Source: Dictyostelium discoideum
Taxonomy: Eukaryota
Direction of reading: 5' to 3'
DNA: 64,000 bases
Assembly: GCA_000004695.1 (NCBI GenBank)
Contig: CM000153.2
Coordinates: 2,944,001 to 3,008,000, forward strand
The notes under the pieces are model-generated. The model was not told the DNA's origin. It saw nothing but the letters and a program-made list of their open reading frames with translations, and made no database searches. The position numbers and the translations under genes were made by a program. Below, piece after piece: positions 45,290-60,000 of this stretch. Position 1 is the stretch's first letter. Every line of letters starts with the position of its first letter.

Positions 45290-45505
45290 TCAGAAGTAAC
45301 TTTTATTTGGATTTGGAGCGCTTTGAAAACCAAATGAATAATGTTTAGCGATTTTAGCATGTTTCACAAAGTTTAAGACGTAGATTATCAACTGATCCAT
45401 ATGCTTTTCTGGCTCTTCTCTCTTCAACATTTTTTTCAACTGTGTTTTAATGGCAAAGAAAATTAATGCTAAAAATATTATAATTGCAACAATTCCAATA
45501 TTCAT
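45290..45505 (-). CDS. Possible small membrane protein (71 aa) with one N-terminal TM helix. It overlaps a second short ORF (45160..45360) in another frame, so the gene structure is unresolved.
   Basis: MNIGIVAIIIFLALIFFAIKTQLKKMLKREEPEKH... Dictyostelium-like codon usage. Two overlapping frames suggest an intron or a frameshift. Low confidence. Confidence 0.25.
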   Translation of the reverse strand: MNIGIVAIIIFLALIFFAIKTQLKKMLKREEPEKHMDQLIIYVLNFVKHAKIAKHYSFGFQSAPNPNKSYF

Positions 45506-45759
45506 TTCATTTGGAAATCCTGATGATTTATTTTCACTGTAACTAATTGTTGATTCATCTTATAAAATAAAATAAATAATAAAATAATAAATAAATAAAT
45601 AAATAAAATTAGTATCAATTAGCAACAGTAATAAATAAATAATGGTAGAGATAGAGAGAGAGATTTATAGGTATTTATAACTTTGATTTTAATTGGGAAA
45701 TTTCAGCAATAAACTATTGACCATCAACAGAGATACTGATATTGAATTTAGTATTAGTG

Positions 45760-45870
45760 TAATTATAATACTATTAATGATATTATTAATAATAATAATA
45801 CTATTAATGATATTAATAATAATAATAATACTACTAATAATAATATTATTAATAATAAAAATATTGACAA
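45760..45870 (+). repeat. About 33-bp tandem repeat (aatactattaatgatattaataataataat) x3, imperfect.
   Basis: Direct repeats are visible. They lie in an open Asn/Ile-rich frame that continues to a TAA at ~46095 but has no in-frame ATG. Confidence 0.7.
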
Positions 45871-46905
45871 TATTAATAATAATAAAGTAAAAGATGATTC
45901 AGAGGATTCAAATATTTATAATATACTAAATAGAATTGAAATAGATATATCAATTACATCAAATGATGTAACTAAACCACTTTTAACACCAGATGGAAAT
46001 AATAAAATACAACCAATTCAATCAAATCCTAATAATTATAGTACCATTCAATTTCCAAAATCAAATGTATATAAAACCAAATCAACCTCAAAATAACCTA
46101 ATGAGTTTAAAATATTATGACGTTGTAAATAATACTAATTCACCTATAGAATATAAAGAAGAAGAAAATGAAGAAACAGAATCTTTTCATTATTCCCAAT
46201 TAGATAAAAAAACAAAAAATAAATTGTTGCTCTCTTTTTAGTTTTAATTATTATTATGCTTTTAATACCGCTTATTGAACTTATTGTATAAAAAAAATGA
46301 AATTAAAAAAAATAAAAATGAAAAAAATATTCCCCTTTGTTCTCAAAATAAAAAAAATAATAGAAAATAAAAAAGAAATAATAGTTATGTGATAAAAAAA
46401 AAATAGATCGGCATTTAGGTACAATCATAAACCAAGATCATCCAATAAGAATTAAATTTTATTAAAATTAATTTATTTTATAAATCAATCCAAAAAGAAA
46501 TAAAAAAAAAAAATAAAAAATAAAATTCCATTTTTTTTTATTTTTTTTTTTTATAATTTTCATAGATTAATCGATTGTGTTTTCTTTTATATTTTTTATT
46601 CATTTTATTCCATTTAATTCTATTATTCAGTTCTATTGAAAACTCAAAGATATTTTTTTTTAAAAAAAAATTAAAATAAAGATATTTTTTTTTAAATTTA
46701 AAAAAAACACGTCAAAAAATCTACTATAAAATCTTTTTTTTTTTTATTTTTTTTTTTTTTGAAAAAGTAGAAATCTAAATTTTATGTTTTTTTTATTAAA
46801 ATATAATATAATTTAATATAAAAATAAATAATTTTAAAATAAATTAGAAAGAGACAAAATACTAAAATAAAAAACAATAAAAAAAAAAAAAAAAAAAAAA
46901 AAAAA

Positions 46906-47704
46906 ATGAAATTAATATTATTTATTTTATTAATAATTTCCATTAAATCAATTATTGGACAAGATTTATATGTCAATTTTGTCCCATTTCTAACAGAGAA
47001 ATGTAATGAACAACCATTTGGTATTGGATTTTCAATTTTATCAGGTATGTATATTATGATAGAATTAAAATATAAAAATTAAATAAAAATTTAATTTTTA
47101 ATTATTAATTTAAAATAAAATTTTTAAAAATTTAAAAGGTATCTGTATAAACAACTTAGGAAGTTATTTACAAAATGATGAAGTAACTCCTTCATCATGG
47201 TATTTTAAAATTACTGAATATGAACAAACAACAATAATAACTGGTTATAATTATCCTGAAATTGATTGTAGTGGATTTCCAGAGGTTTCAAGATTTGTTT
47301 ATGGAGTTGAGTGTGTTAATAGTCCTGTAATTGTTCCAATTAATGCAACATTCTCTGGAGGTTATAAATATAGTTCCTATTACACTCATGTCACCTTATC
47401 AAAAGTACCAATGTTTTCTGATGACTCTGTAGTTCGTGGTGTTTATTCAAATGATGAAAGCTCTACAGATGGAAGTGTTGATTCATGTACATTTGATAAT
47501 TTTATTTATGGTACTGTAATAACAAAAAATTTCCAAATCAGCTATCAATTCCCATTTGACTATTCCGAAACATATTCATGTTCTTCAAATGGTACTTCAT
47601 TATTAAAAACCTGTGTTGGAAATGAAAAGTGCTATCAAAAAAATATTTCAATGCAGTGTAATTCTGATGAATCAGATGGGCATACCCAAATTTTTTGTTC
47701 TTAA
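46906..47704 (+). CDS. Secreted cysteine-containing protein, paralog 1; join(46906..47044,47139..47704).
   Basis: Signal peptide MKLILFILLIISIKSIIGQ. Exon 1 ends ...GIGFSILS plus donor GTATGT (47045). Acceptor AAAAG at 47137-47138 gives G-ICINNLGSYLQNDEVTPSSWYFKITEY... and the frame continues into ORF 47411..47704, ending ...CNSDESDGHTQIFCS*. Confidence 0.7.
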
Positions 47705-48340
47705 CTTTTTTGGTTAATTTAAAAAAAATAAAATAAAATAAAATAAAAATAATTATTTGGATTTTTTTTTTAATTCCAAATCAACACATAAAAAAACCAT
47801 TTTTTAAGTTTTTAAAATTATCTATATCTAAACTATCTATATTTTTTTTTTTTTTTGATTATCTATTTCAGTTTTGTCTAATTAAATGACCAAATTTCAT
47901 TTTCTAATGATATTTATTAATTTTATTAAAATTAATATGGGAAAAAAAGACTTAAAAAAAATTTTGAAAAAAAAAAAAAAAAGGGGGAGGGGTAGTTTCC
48001 CATACAAACTACCCCTCTTTTTTTTTTTTTTTTTTATAACAAAATAATTTAAAATTAATAATTATCTCATATTATCTTTTAAAAAAGAGATATAAAACAA
48101 AAAATAATGTTTTTATAAATAAAAAAGTGGATACATTTAGTTGATATTTTACCTATTTTTTTTTTTTATAAAGATTATTTCTAAAAAATATTTTTTTTCT
48201 CTTTATTTAATAGTTTAAAAAAATGATTTTTTATGAGATATTTGTTCACATAAAAATTTAGGATGACGACCTATGAAAAGTTTTTCTTTTTTTTTTTTTC
48301 TTTATTTTTTTTTCTGTCCAGTACTAAACCCCCAAATTTG

Positions 48341-48388
<48 letters not shown>

Positions 48389-48420
48389 TACCATATAATT
48401 CTTATTTACTTTTTAAAAAT

Positions 48421-49347
48421 ATGAAATACATAATTTTCATTATTTTATGTTGTAATATACTTGCCCAAAGCCAAGTTATTAATTTTGAACCATTTTTATC
48501 TGGTGAATGTTATGGTGTACCTTCTGGAATTGGGTACTCTGTACAAGCTTGTAATTATTGATTTTAGTAAAAACAAAAAAAAAGAACATTTTTGTTTAGT
48601 GCTACTAATAATAACGACCACAAAATTGATTTATTTTTAATTTTAGATCAATGTATAAATAATATTGGAAGTTTTTTCAATGTTGGTCAATATGATTATC
48701 AATCATGGTTTTTCGGTATTACAACAGAACCAAATGGTGGGTTCACTATTTATGCAAATAGTTATGAACAAGAGAATTGTACAGGTGAAATAGGTGCTAC
48801 ATTTGATTTTGGAAATGGAGACTCTTGCACAACAACAGAATTATTTGTTTCAATCAATGCAACCTTTGATAAAGTTTATAACTTAAGTTCATTATACTCA
48901 TATGTAACCATTTCAAAATATCCGCACTATACAGATAATTCAGTTGTATATGAAGTTTTTTCAACTGACTCACCTGGATCATCATCTGGTTCATCATCTG
49001 GTTCGTCATCTGGTTCATCATCTGGTTCATCATCAGGTTCATCATCTGGATCATCATCTGGTTCATCATCTGGTTCACCATCCGGATCATCATCATCATC
49101 TTCATCATCCAAATGTAAAAACTATGAACACTTCTTGTATGCAGCCTTTGTTACAGATGGATTAGAAATTGATTATAAATCATATAAATCACCATCTGGT
49201 TTAAAAGAGACATATAATTGTGACAAAGGTATTCCAATTATTAATTATTGTGCCCCAAATAAAAAATGTTATAATAAACATATCGAAACAACTTGCAACT
49301 CTAAAGTATCCCCTTCAACATATACAAATATTTTTTGTTCAAAGTAA
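48421..49347 (+). CDS. Secreted cysteine-containing protein, paralog 2, with a (GSS)n linker expansion; join(48421..48550,48647..49347).
   Basis: Signal peptide MKYIIFIILCCNILAQSQ. Exon 1 ends ...GIGYSVQA plus donor GTAATT (48551). Acceptor TTTTAG at 48645-48646 gives Y-QCINNIGSFFNVGQYDYQSWFFGITTEP..., collinear with paralog 1 and with the intron in the identical position. Ends ...CNSKVSPSTYTNIFCSK*. Confidence 0.7.
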
Positions 49348-49553
49348 TAAAAAAAAAAAAAAATAAATAATAAAAAAAAAGTATATAAAAGAAAAATAAT
49401 AATAATTATATTTTTTTTTTTTAAAGTGTTTGATAGTTTAGTATTTTTTTTTTTTATTACTATCAATAATGTTTTTCCTTTTTTTTTTTTTTTTTGTATT
49501 TATTAATATTACTGTTTGTCAAAAGTAAATAATTGGTTTTTAAGTTATTTCAT

Positions 49554-51260
<1,707 letters not shown>

Positions 51261-51362
51261 TTTATTACTGTAATACATAATTTAATATAAATAATAATAA
51301 ATAATAAATAGTAATAGTAATAATAGGTTAGTAATTGTAATTTTAAAAAAAAAAAAAAAAGA

Positions 51363-51400
<38 letters not shown>

Positions 51401-51951
51401 TTTATTAAATAAAAAAAAAAAATTACCTTTTCCCTTATAAAAAAAAAAAAGATAAAAAAAAAAAAAAAACCATTAAAAAAAAAACCATTAACCTTTTTAA
51501 AATTAAATTAATTAAAAAAAGAGGGCCGGGGGGGATTCTATCCCAAAGTTATAAAAATAAGGGGCCCCGGCCAAAAAAATTTTTGGTTTGGTTTGGTTTG
51601 GTTTGGTTTGGTTTGGTTTAAATTGGTTTGGTTTGGGGGGTTTTTTTTTAAATTTTTTTTTTAAACATTTTACTTTTATTTTTTTATTTTTAAAAAAAAG
51701 GGGGAAATTAACAAGTACAAGGGGTTTTAAATTTTAAAGGGGGGGGAATGTGGGAAAAAACATCAAAAAACACTTAATAAAAACACTTTATAAAAAAAAA
51801 CAATTCAAAAACATTATCTTTTTTTTCTTTTTTTTTTTTTTTTAATAATATAACAAACAAATATATAATATTTTAAAATCGAATTAAATCATAATACGAT
51901 AAAAAAAATAAATAATTACCAATTCTATTAATATATGTACAGAAAATACTA

Positions 51952-51995
<44 letters not shown>

Positions 51996-52197
51996 GAACT
52001 ATTTTTATTTCAGAAAAAATAAAATAAAAAAAAAAAATGAAAAAAATAAAATAAAAATAAAAAATAAAATAATGTTTTTTTAAACCACCAGCCTTTGGAA
52101 CCTTTGGTGCAAGATATTTTATTTTTTTTATTTTTTTTATTTTTTTTTAAAAAAGATCAAGCGATATCGCACACTATTTTTAACCAAAAGTGAAAAG

Positions 52198-52229
<32 letters not shown>

Positions 52230-52414
52230 CAAAAAAATTAAAAATATATCATGTGTTAGAAAATGGAAAGAATTTTCACAAATCTAAATTTAATGACCAA
52301 TCCATGCCAAAATAAGAGTGAAAAGTTTTAAATAAAACAAATATAAAAAAAAAAACTTTTGGAAAATAATTAAAAAAAAAAAAAAAAATCTATAAGTTCT
52401 ATTTACAATTTTTA

Positions 52415-52420
<6 letters not shown>

Positions 52421-52505
<85 letters not shown>
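52421..52505. repeat. (ATT)n/(TTA)n microsatellite in the intergenic region downstream of med31.
   Basis: About 28 perfect units. Confidence 0.9.
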
Positions 52506-52506
<1 letters not shown>

Positions 52507-52612
52507 ATTTAATTGATTTAAATTATTTGAGATTTAGAATTCCTTGTTCATTTTGATTTCAAATCCTTTAAATATGATGTACAGTAAATATTTGTATATA
52601 AAATATATTAAA

Positions 52613-53218
52613 TCAAACTGTTGTTGGTGGTTGCACTTGTTGTTGCTGTTGTTGTTGTTGCTGTTGCTGTAATTCTTGTTCTTTTATGGACATTCTATTA
52701 TTTCTATAATATTGCCAATGATAGAATTGTTGTTCATGAATGAAATCAGTTGATTGAGAATGATTTAATTCTTGTCTAAATCTTTCTTCTTGAAGGAGAT
52801 CTAAAAAATATAAACTTTGTGGGTAAACTATAAATTTAGCATATTCCGGTTTTTTCCAATATTGAAGATAAACTAAATAATTTACAAATGCTTTATCTTG
52901 AAAATAACGATTTTGTGCTAAATCTATTGAATTTTGTTATTATTAATATAATTTTATATTATTATTATAATTATTATAATTATTAATTTATTACATACAA
53001 TTTAAATATCTTGGATTTGATAAACATTGTATAAATTCTAATTCCATAATGAATCTAAGATAATTTGCTTCTTCTTCGTCATTTTCATATGGAAGTACTA
53101 TATTATCATCTTTTTTATCAATTGATTCGCCATTATCGCCATTTTCTGTTATATTTGTTTCATTATTATTTTCTATATTCCCATTATCGTTTTCATTTAT
53201 AGGTGATGATGATGACAT
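52613..53218 (-). CDS. med31: Mediator of RNA polymerase II transcription subunit 31 (MED31/SOH1); complement(join(52613..52923,52999..53218)).
   Basis: Exon 1 has an acidic N-terminus, then ...NYLRFIMELEFIQCLSNPRYLN with donor GTATGT. Exon 2 is Y-LAQNRYFQDKAFVNYLVYLQYWKKPEYAKFIVYPQSLYFLDLLQEERFRQEL..., the conserved MED31 box. Phase 1 is consistent. A poly-Q tail follows. Confidence 0.8.
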
Positions 53219-53613
53219 TTTGTTAAAAATGAAAAAAAAAAAAAAAAAAAATTAAAAAATTAAAAAACAAAAAAAAAAAAAAAAAATTAAAAATAAATAA
53301 AATTAAATAAAAAATAAACTTATTTTAAAGTTCTGTTTATATTATGATTTTCTATTTTTTATTTTTTATTTTAATATTTTTATTTATTATTTAAGGTGTG
53401 TTTATACAATGGAGAGGGGTGATATTATTACTATCTATTGTTTTTTTTGTTGGTTTTTTTGTTTGTTTTTTTTTGTTTGTTTTTTTTTTTTTTTTTTTGA
53501 ATAATCCTTTTTAAAAAATCATTCTTGTCGATATTATTGGTTTTTTTTATATATTTGAGTTTTTTTCCTTCTTTTTTTTTTCTAATTTCTTTTTTTTTTT
53601 TTTTTTTTTTTAT

Positions 53614-54150
53614 TTATTTTCTCCACCAAGTTAATAAATTTTGTTCTCTACCAATTTTCTTTTGAAGTTGTAAGATACCATAAACAAAAGCTTCAGCAGT
53701 TGGTGGACAACCTGGAATATAAACATCGACTGGAATGATTCTGTCACAACCTCTAACGACAGAGTAAGAATAATGATAGTAACCACCACCATTTGCGCAT
53801 GAACCCATTGAAACTACATAACGTGGATTTGGCATTTGATCGTAAACTTTACGAAGTGCTGGTGCCATTTTATTTGTTAATGTACCTGCAACAATAATAC
53901 AATCTGATTGACGTGGTGAAGCACGAGGAATAACACCAAATCTATCCATATCGTAACGGGCTGCATATCCTTGCATCATTTCTACTGCGCAACATGCTAA
54001 ACCAAATGTCATTGGCCATAATGAGCCTGTACGTGCCCAATTGACTAACCCATCGATTTTACTAATAACAACTTCTGGTAATGTATTTGGTGGTGCTTGT
54101 TTAAATGATGATGCTAATAATTTGCTAAGATGTTGTGCGTTATGTGCCAT
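53614..54150 (-). CDS. ndufs7: NADH:ubiquinone oxidoreductase 20 kDa subunit (NDUFS7/PSST), nuclear-encoded complex I subunit.
   Basis: Single ORF with the PSST/NuoB signature ...[15 protein letters not shown]...[15 protein letters not shown]...[13 protein letters not shown]...[13 protein letters not shown], including the Cys ligands for cluster N2. Confidence 0.9.
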
Positions 54151-54291
54151 TTTTAAATTAATTATTATTGTGCTATATAATGTCGAAAAAAAAAAAAATA
54201 AAGTAAAACAAAAAAAAAAAATTGAAAAAAAATAAAAAAAAATAAAAAAAAATAAAAAAAAATTTTTGGAAAAAAAAATAATAAAAAAAAA

Positions 54292-54327
<36 letters not shown>

Positions 54328-54909
54328 AAGGTGTTTCATTTTTTATTTTTATTACTATACTTGTTTATTATTATTATTATTATTATTATTTTTTTTTTAT
54401 TTTTTTGAATAAGAAAAAAATAAAAAATAATAAGTTATTTTTAACAAAATTTATTTAATTTTATTTAATTTTTTTTTTTTTTTTTTATTTAATTTTTTTC
54501 TTTTTTTTTAATTTTTTCCATAATCTTTGAATACCAACTATATTAATAACAATTGAAATTAATAATAAATAATACAATTTTTTAATATAATAAAATTCTG
54601 TTAATTATTTGATTTAAAAGAATTTACAAAAAAAGTAATTTTTTTTTTTTATTTTTTTATTTTTTTTTTTTGTTTTTATTTTTTTTTTTTTTTTATTTTT
54701 AATTTTTTTATTATTTTTCATAGAGTGGTTTTATTACAATCCTTTTACGAGGGTTTTTTTTTTTTTTCATTTGTGTTGTAAATAATTCTTTCTTTATATG
54801 ATTCTCTAAAAAATACAAATCATTTAATAAACATAAAAATCATCGATCATAAAAAAAAAAAAAAATCAAAAAAACAAAAAAAAAAAAAAACAAAACAAAT
54901 CAATAAATA

Positions 54910-56425
54910 ATGGCAGTAGCTGAATATGAAGGCCAAGAATACGAACAAAATTTAGCAGATGAATGGAAAAGAACCAATATTGAGGCAGGTCCTGATTATT
55001 ATTTACCAAAATCGGTTGAATATTTATTAGGTCCTGGTATTGTTCAGTAAGTATTTTTTTTTTTTTTTTTTTTTTTAAAAAGTTTCAATTACATAAACTA
55101 ATAATAAAAAAAAAAAAAAAATGAAATAGTATTTGGTGTCAGCATTTCGAAATTGCAAAATTATCATTTCATATTTTTGAATACGAAGAGGATGATGTTT
55201 TACCAGATCTCTATCAAAGATTTAAAGAAAAAAATAGAGAACAGCTTTCAACATGTTTAGAATGGTAAGTTTATTATAGTTGTTTTTTTTTAAATTATTA
55301 TTATTATTATATTCTAATTTTAATTATTATTTTTAAAATAAAGTTCATTAAGATATAGAAAACAAAAATCAATATTTTTAAAAGCATTTAAAGAGAAATT
55401 TCAACATAATAATTATATAGAGATAGTTTCATCAATTGAAAAAGTAGAGAAAACAAGAGTTAGAGAACATTTAAATAAATATAAAGATGATTGTAATGTT
55501 TTGATTATATTAATTCATGAGGTTGTCAATAATGTGGAATTATTAGAGGATCAAGAATTAAAGAAACGTTTTTTATATACAATCGATGGTTTTGTTAGAG
55601 AGTATTCAATTTCATTTGGTGATCCAAATAAAAAAGTACCAGGAATTTATATGATGTTAATGGCAAGTAATAAATTCAAAGAATTAAAAGAATGGGCATC
55701 ATCCTATTTACAAACCATCACAAAAATATCAATGGATGAAATTCAATCAGTTTATCCTGTCATTGAAAGATTAATTACCGATTTACAATTTAATCAAGAT
55801 AATAAACTTAATCCAGATTCAATATTCTCTGAAGAAATTAATGATATTTGGGATGGTGTACCATTGTTTCTTAGTCATTTTGATGATATGGCACTTTTAG
55901 TAAGTGTTTTATTTTAATTTTAATTTTTTTTATTTTTTTGAAAAATTATAATATATTAATGTTTTTTTTTAAATATATTTAGAATTCATTTCCATTACAA
56001 AATTTATTACCACTTTTTATTGTGAAATTATCAAGTTCAACAATTTTAAGACCATCAATTATTCAAACTTTTTTAATTGTATTTAGGTTACTAAAAACAA
56101 ATGTTTGGAGAGAAATACCAAATTGTGGTCCAAGAAACTTTGCAGAGATTTTATTTTCAAGTTTTTTATTATCAAGAAATGAACAAACTCAATTATTAAT
56201 ACTTCAATTATTTTCAGTATTTATGAAAGATTGTTGTCCTCAAAGTTTATTAGCTGAAATTAGTAGTTATATTTCTGAATTATTTTTAAGGAAAGCATTT
56301 ACTCAAGATGGAGCATATTCAATTAAATCTGGTTCATTATTATTAATAGTTGATATTTTATTAAATTGGTAATTAATTTTTATATTTTTATTAATTAATT
56401 AATTTATTTATTTATTTATTATTTT

Positions 56426-56466
<41 letters not shown>

Positions 56467-57064
56467 AGTTTTTCAACTGATAATGCTGAAGCATGGGGAA
56501 AAAGAATTGTTTATTTTTCAATAAATCAAACTCATCAAAATGTAGTTCCAAATTATACAGATATGCCAAGAGCAATTAAATTAATGGAACATTCATTATT
56601 ATACAGTGCAATTGAATTGAGGAAGAGATTACAATTTTTATTAAATAGTGAATTAAAGGAGGATATTGATAGAGAGTTATCAAATCCATGTGATTTTTGG
56701 TTTAAATCAATTTGGAGATTATTATTAGCTTCAAGTCCTAAACAAATTCCCTATACGACTCATTTGGTTCTATTTAAAATTCATAGGATCTTAGGATTAA
56801 TCAATCCAGTACCGACAAATCCAGAATATGCTAAATCACCAGTTTATGAATGTCTTGCAGAATATCATGAATTAATGGGAAAGTATTTACAAACATTTTC
56901 AGATTTTCCACCATTTGCATTACAAGTTAAACCTGGTGATTCTTCTGTAGTTTTGGATGTTTTAGATAATGAACAATTTCATAAAACTATTTTTTCTTTA
57001 TTAGTTTCACCAAATCAAAAAATTTCAACTTCATCCAAAAAAATGTTACAAAAGTAAGTCACAA

Positions 57065-57095
<31 letters not shown>

Positions 57096-60000
57096 TGATT
57101 ATTAATATATTTTATTTTATATTTATTTATAAAAAAAAAGAAAATATCCAAAAGAAAATACAATAACACAAGCATTTAAACAATCAATTATTGAATTTCC
57201 AGAACAAACATCAAGAGGTGTATTAGGTGTATTTAGAGATTTCTTTTTTCATTTAGGATTTATCAATTGTTTAGATTCAATTAATATGATATTCTATTAT
57301 AGTGATCATCTTATATTCATATTGAAAAAGACATTACAAGTTCATGGTAGATTATTGATTGGACCATGTGTTGATGTAATGTGGTCAACATTTCAATATG
57401 GTTTATCATTGGATAAAGAGTTTATGGGTGTGGGTTCAACTAAACCCTATGAAAAGGTTAAATATATGTTTGAATGGTTTAAAGATTCATTCAGTTCCAT
57501 AGGTCAGAATGGATATTGTTCAATAAAAGATCTTCCTTCACCATCGTTTTTAAATGCATGTCATGATCACAATATTTTATTATTCGATTCCATTGAACAA
57601 TATCCATCATATGTTAGAGCTTCAATGAACTCTAATGAACTATATCCTGCACCATCCAATTATTCAACCACATTTTATAGAATTGGTATATTAAATAATA
57701 AAACAAGTAAATTCTCTCAAGATTTTGACTTTTTATTTGAAAATGTTGATTATATTTATAAACGTCAAGAACAACAACCAATCAAAGAATCACAATCATT
57801 AATATTTTTAGAAGCATTCTCAAAGAGTTCAACCTCAAATTCTGCTATCAATCCTATCGTAATAGATCAACAAGAACCTGATCGTATATTTAGTATCATT
57901 TCAAATCATTCAAATTGGATTGAACCATTCTTAAATTGGAATGCTTTAACATCAACTGAATGGTTTGAATCATTAATTGTTATTATTAAATGTAAAGTTA
58001 ATAATATTAATTATAATATTAATAATAATAATAATAATTTGTGTAAAAAGAATTAATCTAATTTTTGTTTTTTATTTTTAATATTTTTAGCATTGGTTAA
58101 AAGTAAATATAAATTTGAAAAATCATTAAATAATTTTATAGGTAGAATTAAAGAAATGCAACTTAGTCCAATTCAAATTACAAAGATTCAATCAGCATTG
58201 GTTCCACCAAAACAAGTCATTCCACAAGAACCAACATCAATATGGGGTTCTCAACCATTACCTACATCCATACATAGTTCTACTATTAAAATTACAGCAG
58301 GTGATATTGTTGCATCATCTTTATCAGCACCAACTAATACTCCATTGGTTGTTACAAAACCAAAACCACCAGCAACTACAACAACAACTACATCATCATC
58401 AATATCACCTCCATTAGCATTCTCAAATGCATCTAATCCATCCATTAATGGTAGTGGTGGTGGTAGGTCATTTGATAAATTTGGTGGTAATAGTTATGAG
58501 AAACCATCATTTGGTAGTAATGGTAGTGGTAGTGCGTTAAATAATACTACTACCAATAATAATAATAAATTTATAAAACCATCATATAACTCATCAAATA
58601 ATACGTTTGGTACTGGGTTTGGTAATATAAATAGTGGTAATACAAATGGTAAACCATATTTAAAGAAAGATTTTGAAGGATCATCTTTAAATGCAATTGA
58701 TGAATTTGAAAGAAACTCTGTTGCTGTTCCACTTAGAGATAAAAAGAAAACTAAAATGTTGGATATTGGTGCACCATTAGCATTCAAGAAAACAAAAGAT
58801 AAAGTACCAGCACATATGGAAGATTTTACAACTAAAATCGATTCATTACATAAGATCATTTTAGATTGGGTACCAACAAAGTTTGCAGATGATCCACCAA
58901 TGTCAGAATTAAAACCAGTACCAGGTACATTTGATGATTTAAAACATTATATCGATATTTTCCAACCATTATTAATTGAAGAGTTTAGAGCACAAGTAAT
59001 TAGAAATTTAGATGAAGGTGTTAATTTTCAAGATGTTACAGTGGATAATTTCATACAAGAGAATGGTTTCATTGATGTAGATTTTGAATTACCACCAAAA
59101 GAAAATGATATTTTATTGGATGATTTCGTTTTAGTGATTCAACCACCAAGAAATGGTAGTCCATTAAATGAGGCTTATAGAGATCCAAATTTATTTTCAG
59201 CATTCGGTAAAGTTGAAAGAAAAGATAGAATCATTCCAAAGGGTGGTAAAGGTAATTTCGATCAAAATGGTGGTGGTGGTGGTGGCGGTAGAGGATTCAT
59301 TATTAAAGTTAGATTCTATAAAGCTAGTTCAAGTACATTTGTTCAACAAATTTGCAAAATTGGTAACATTTGGAATATTCAAAAGGTTACATCACTATCA
59401 ACCATTAGTAGAGAGTATATGGCATTACATATGGTTGGTAAAATTCCATTGGGTACATCAATCATTTCACCACATCTTTATATAAACTCAAATGATAGTA
59501 GTAGTTCAACATTTAAAATTCCAGATAAATTATTTCAAAAACTTAGAAGTTCATTGAATGAAAGTCAGCTATCAGCAATTGCAAGTACATTAAAGAATCT
59601 AGGTGGTTTTTCATTATTACAAGGTCCACCAGGTACTGGTAAAACAAAGACGATTCTATCATTGTTATCAGTTTTTACAACGGTTTTAACCAATATTGAA
59701 AAGTCACATTCTGATCCAAAGATTTTAGTTTGTGCTCCTTCAAATGCTGCAGTCGATGAAATTGCATTGAGAATAAAGAAAGATGGTTTAATCGATAAGA
59801 ATGGTAATAAATTTAAACCTGTGATTTGTCGTATTGGTAATCAATCTCATATCCATCCATCAGTTCAAGATATTTCGGTCGAAAGTTTAATCTTGGGTGA
59901 ATATAAAGATAAAAACTCTGCCATTGCAAATGAAGATCAAAAGAAAGAGAATACAAGACTTAAAATTATAAAAATCAAAGAGAAACAAGTTGAAATCGAT

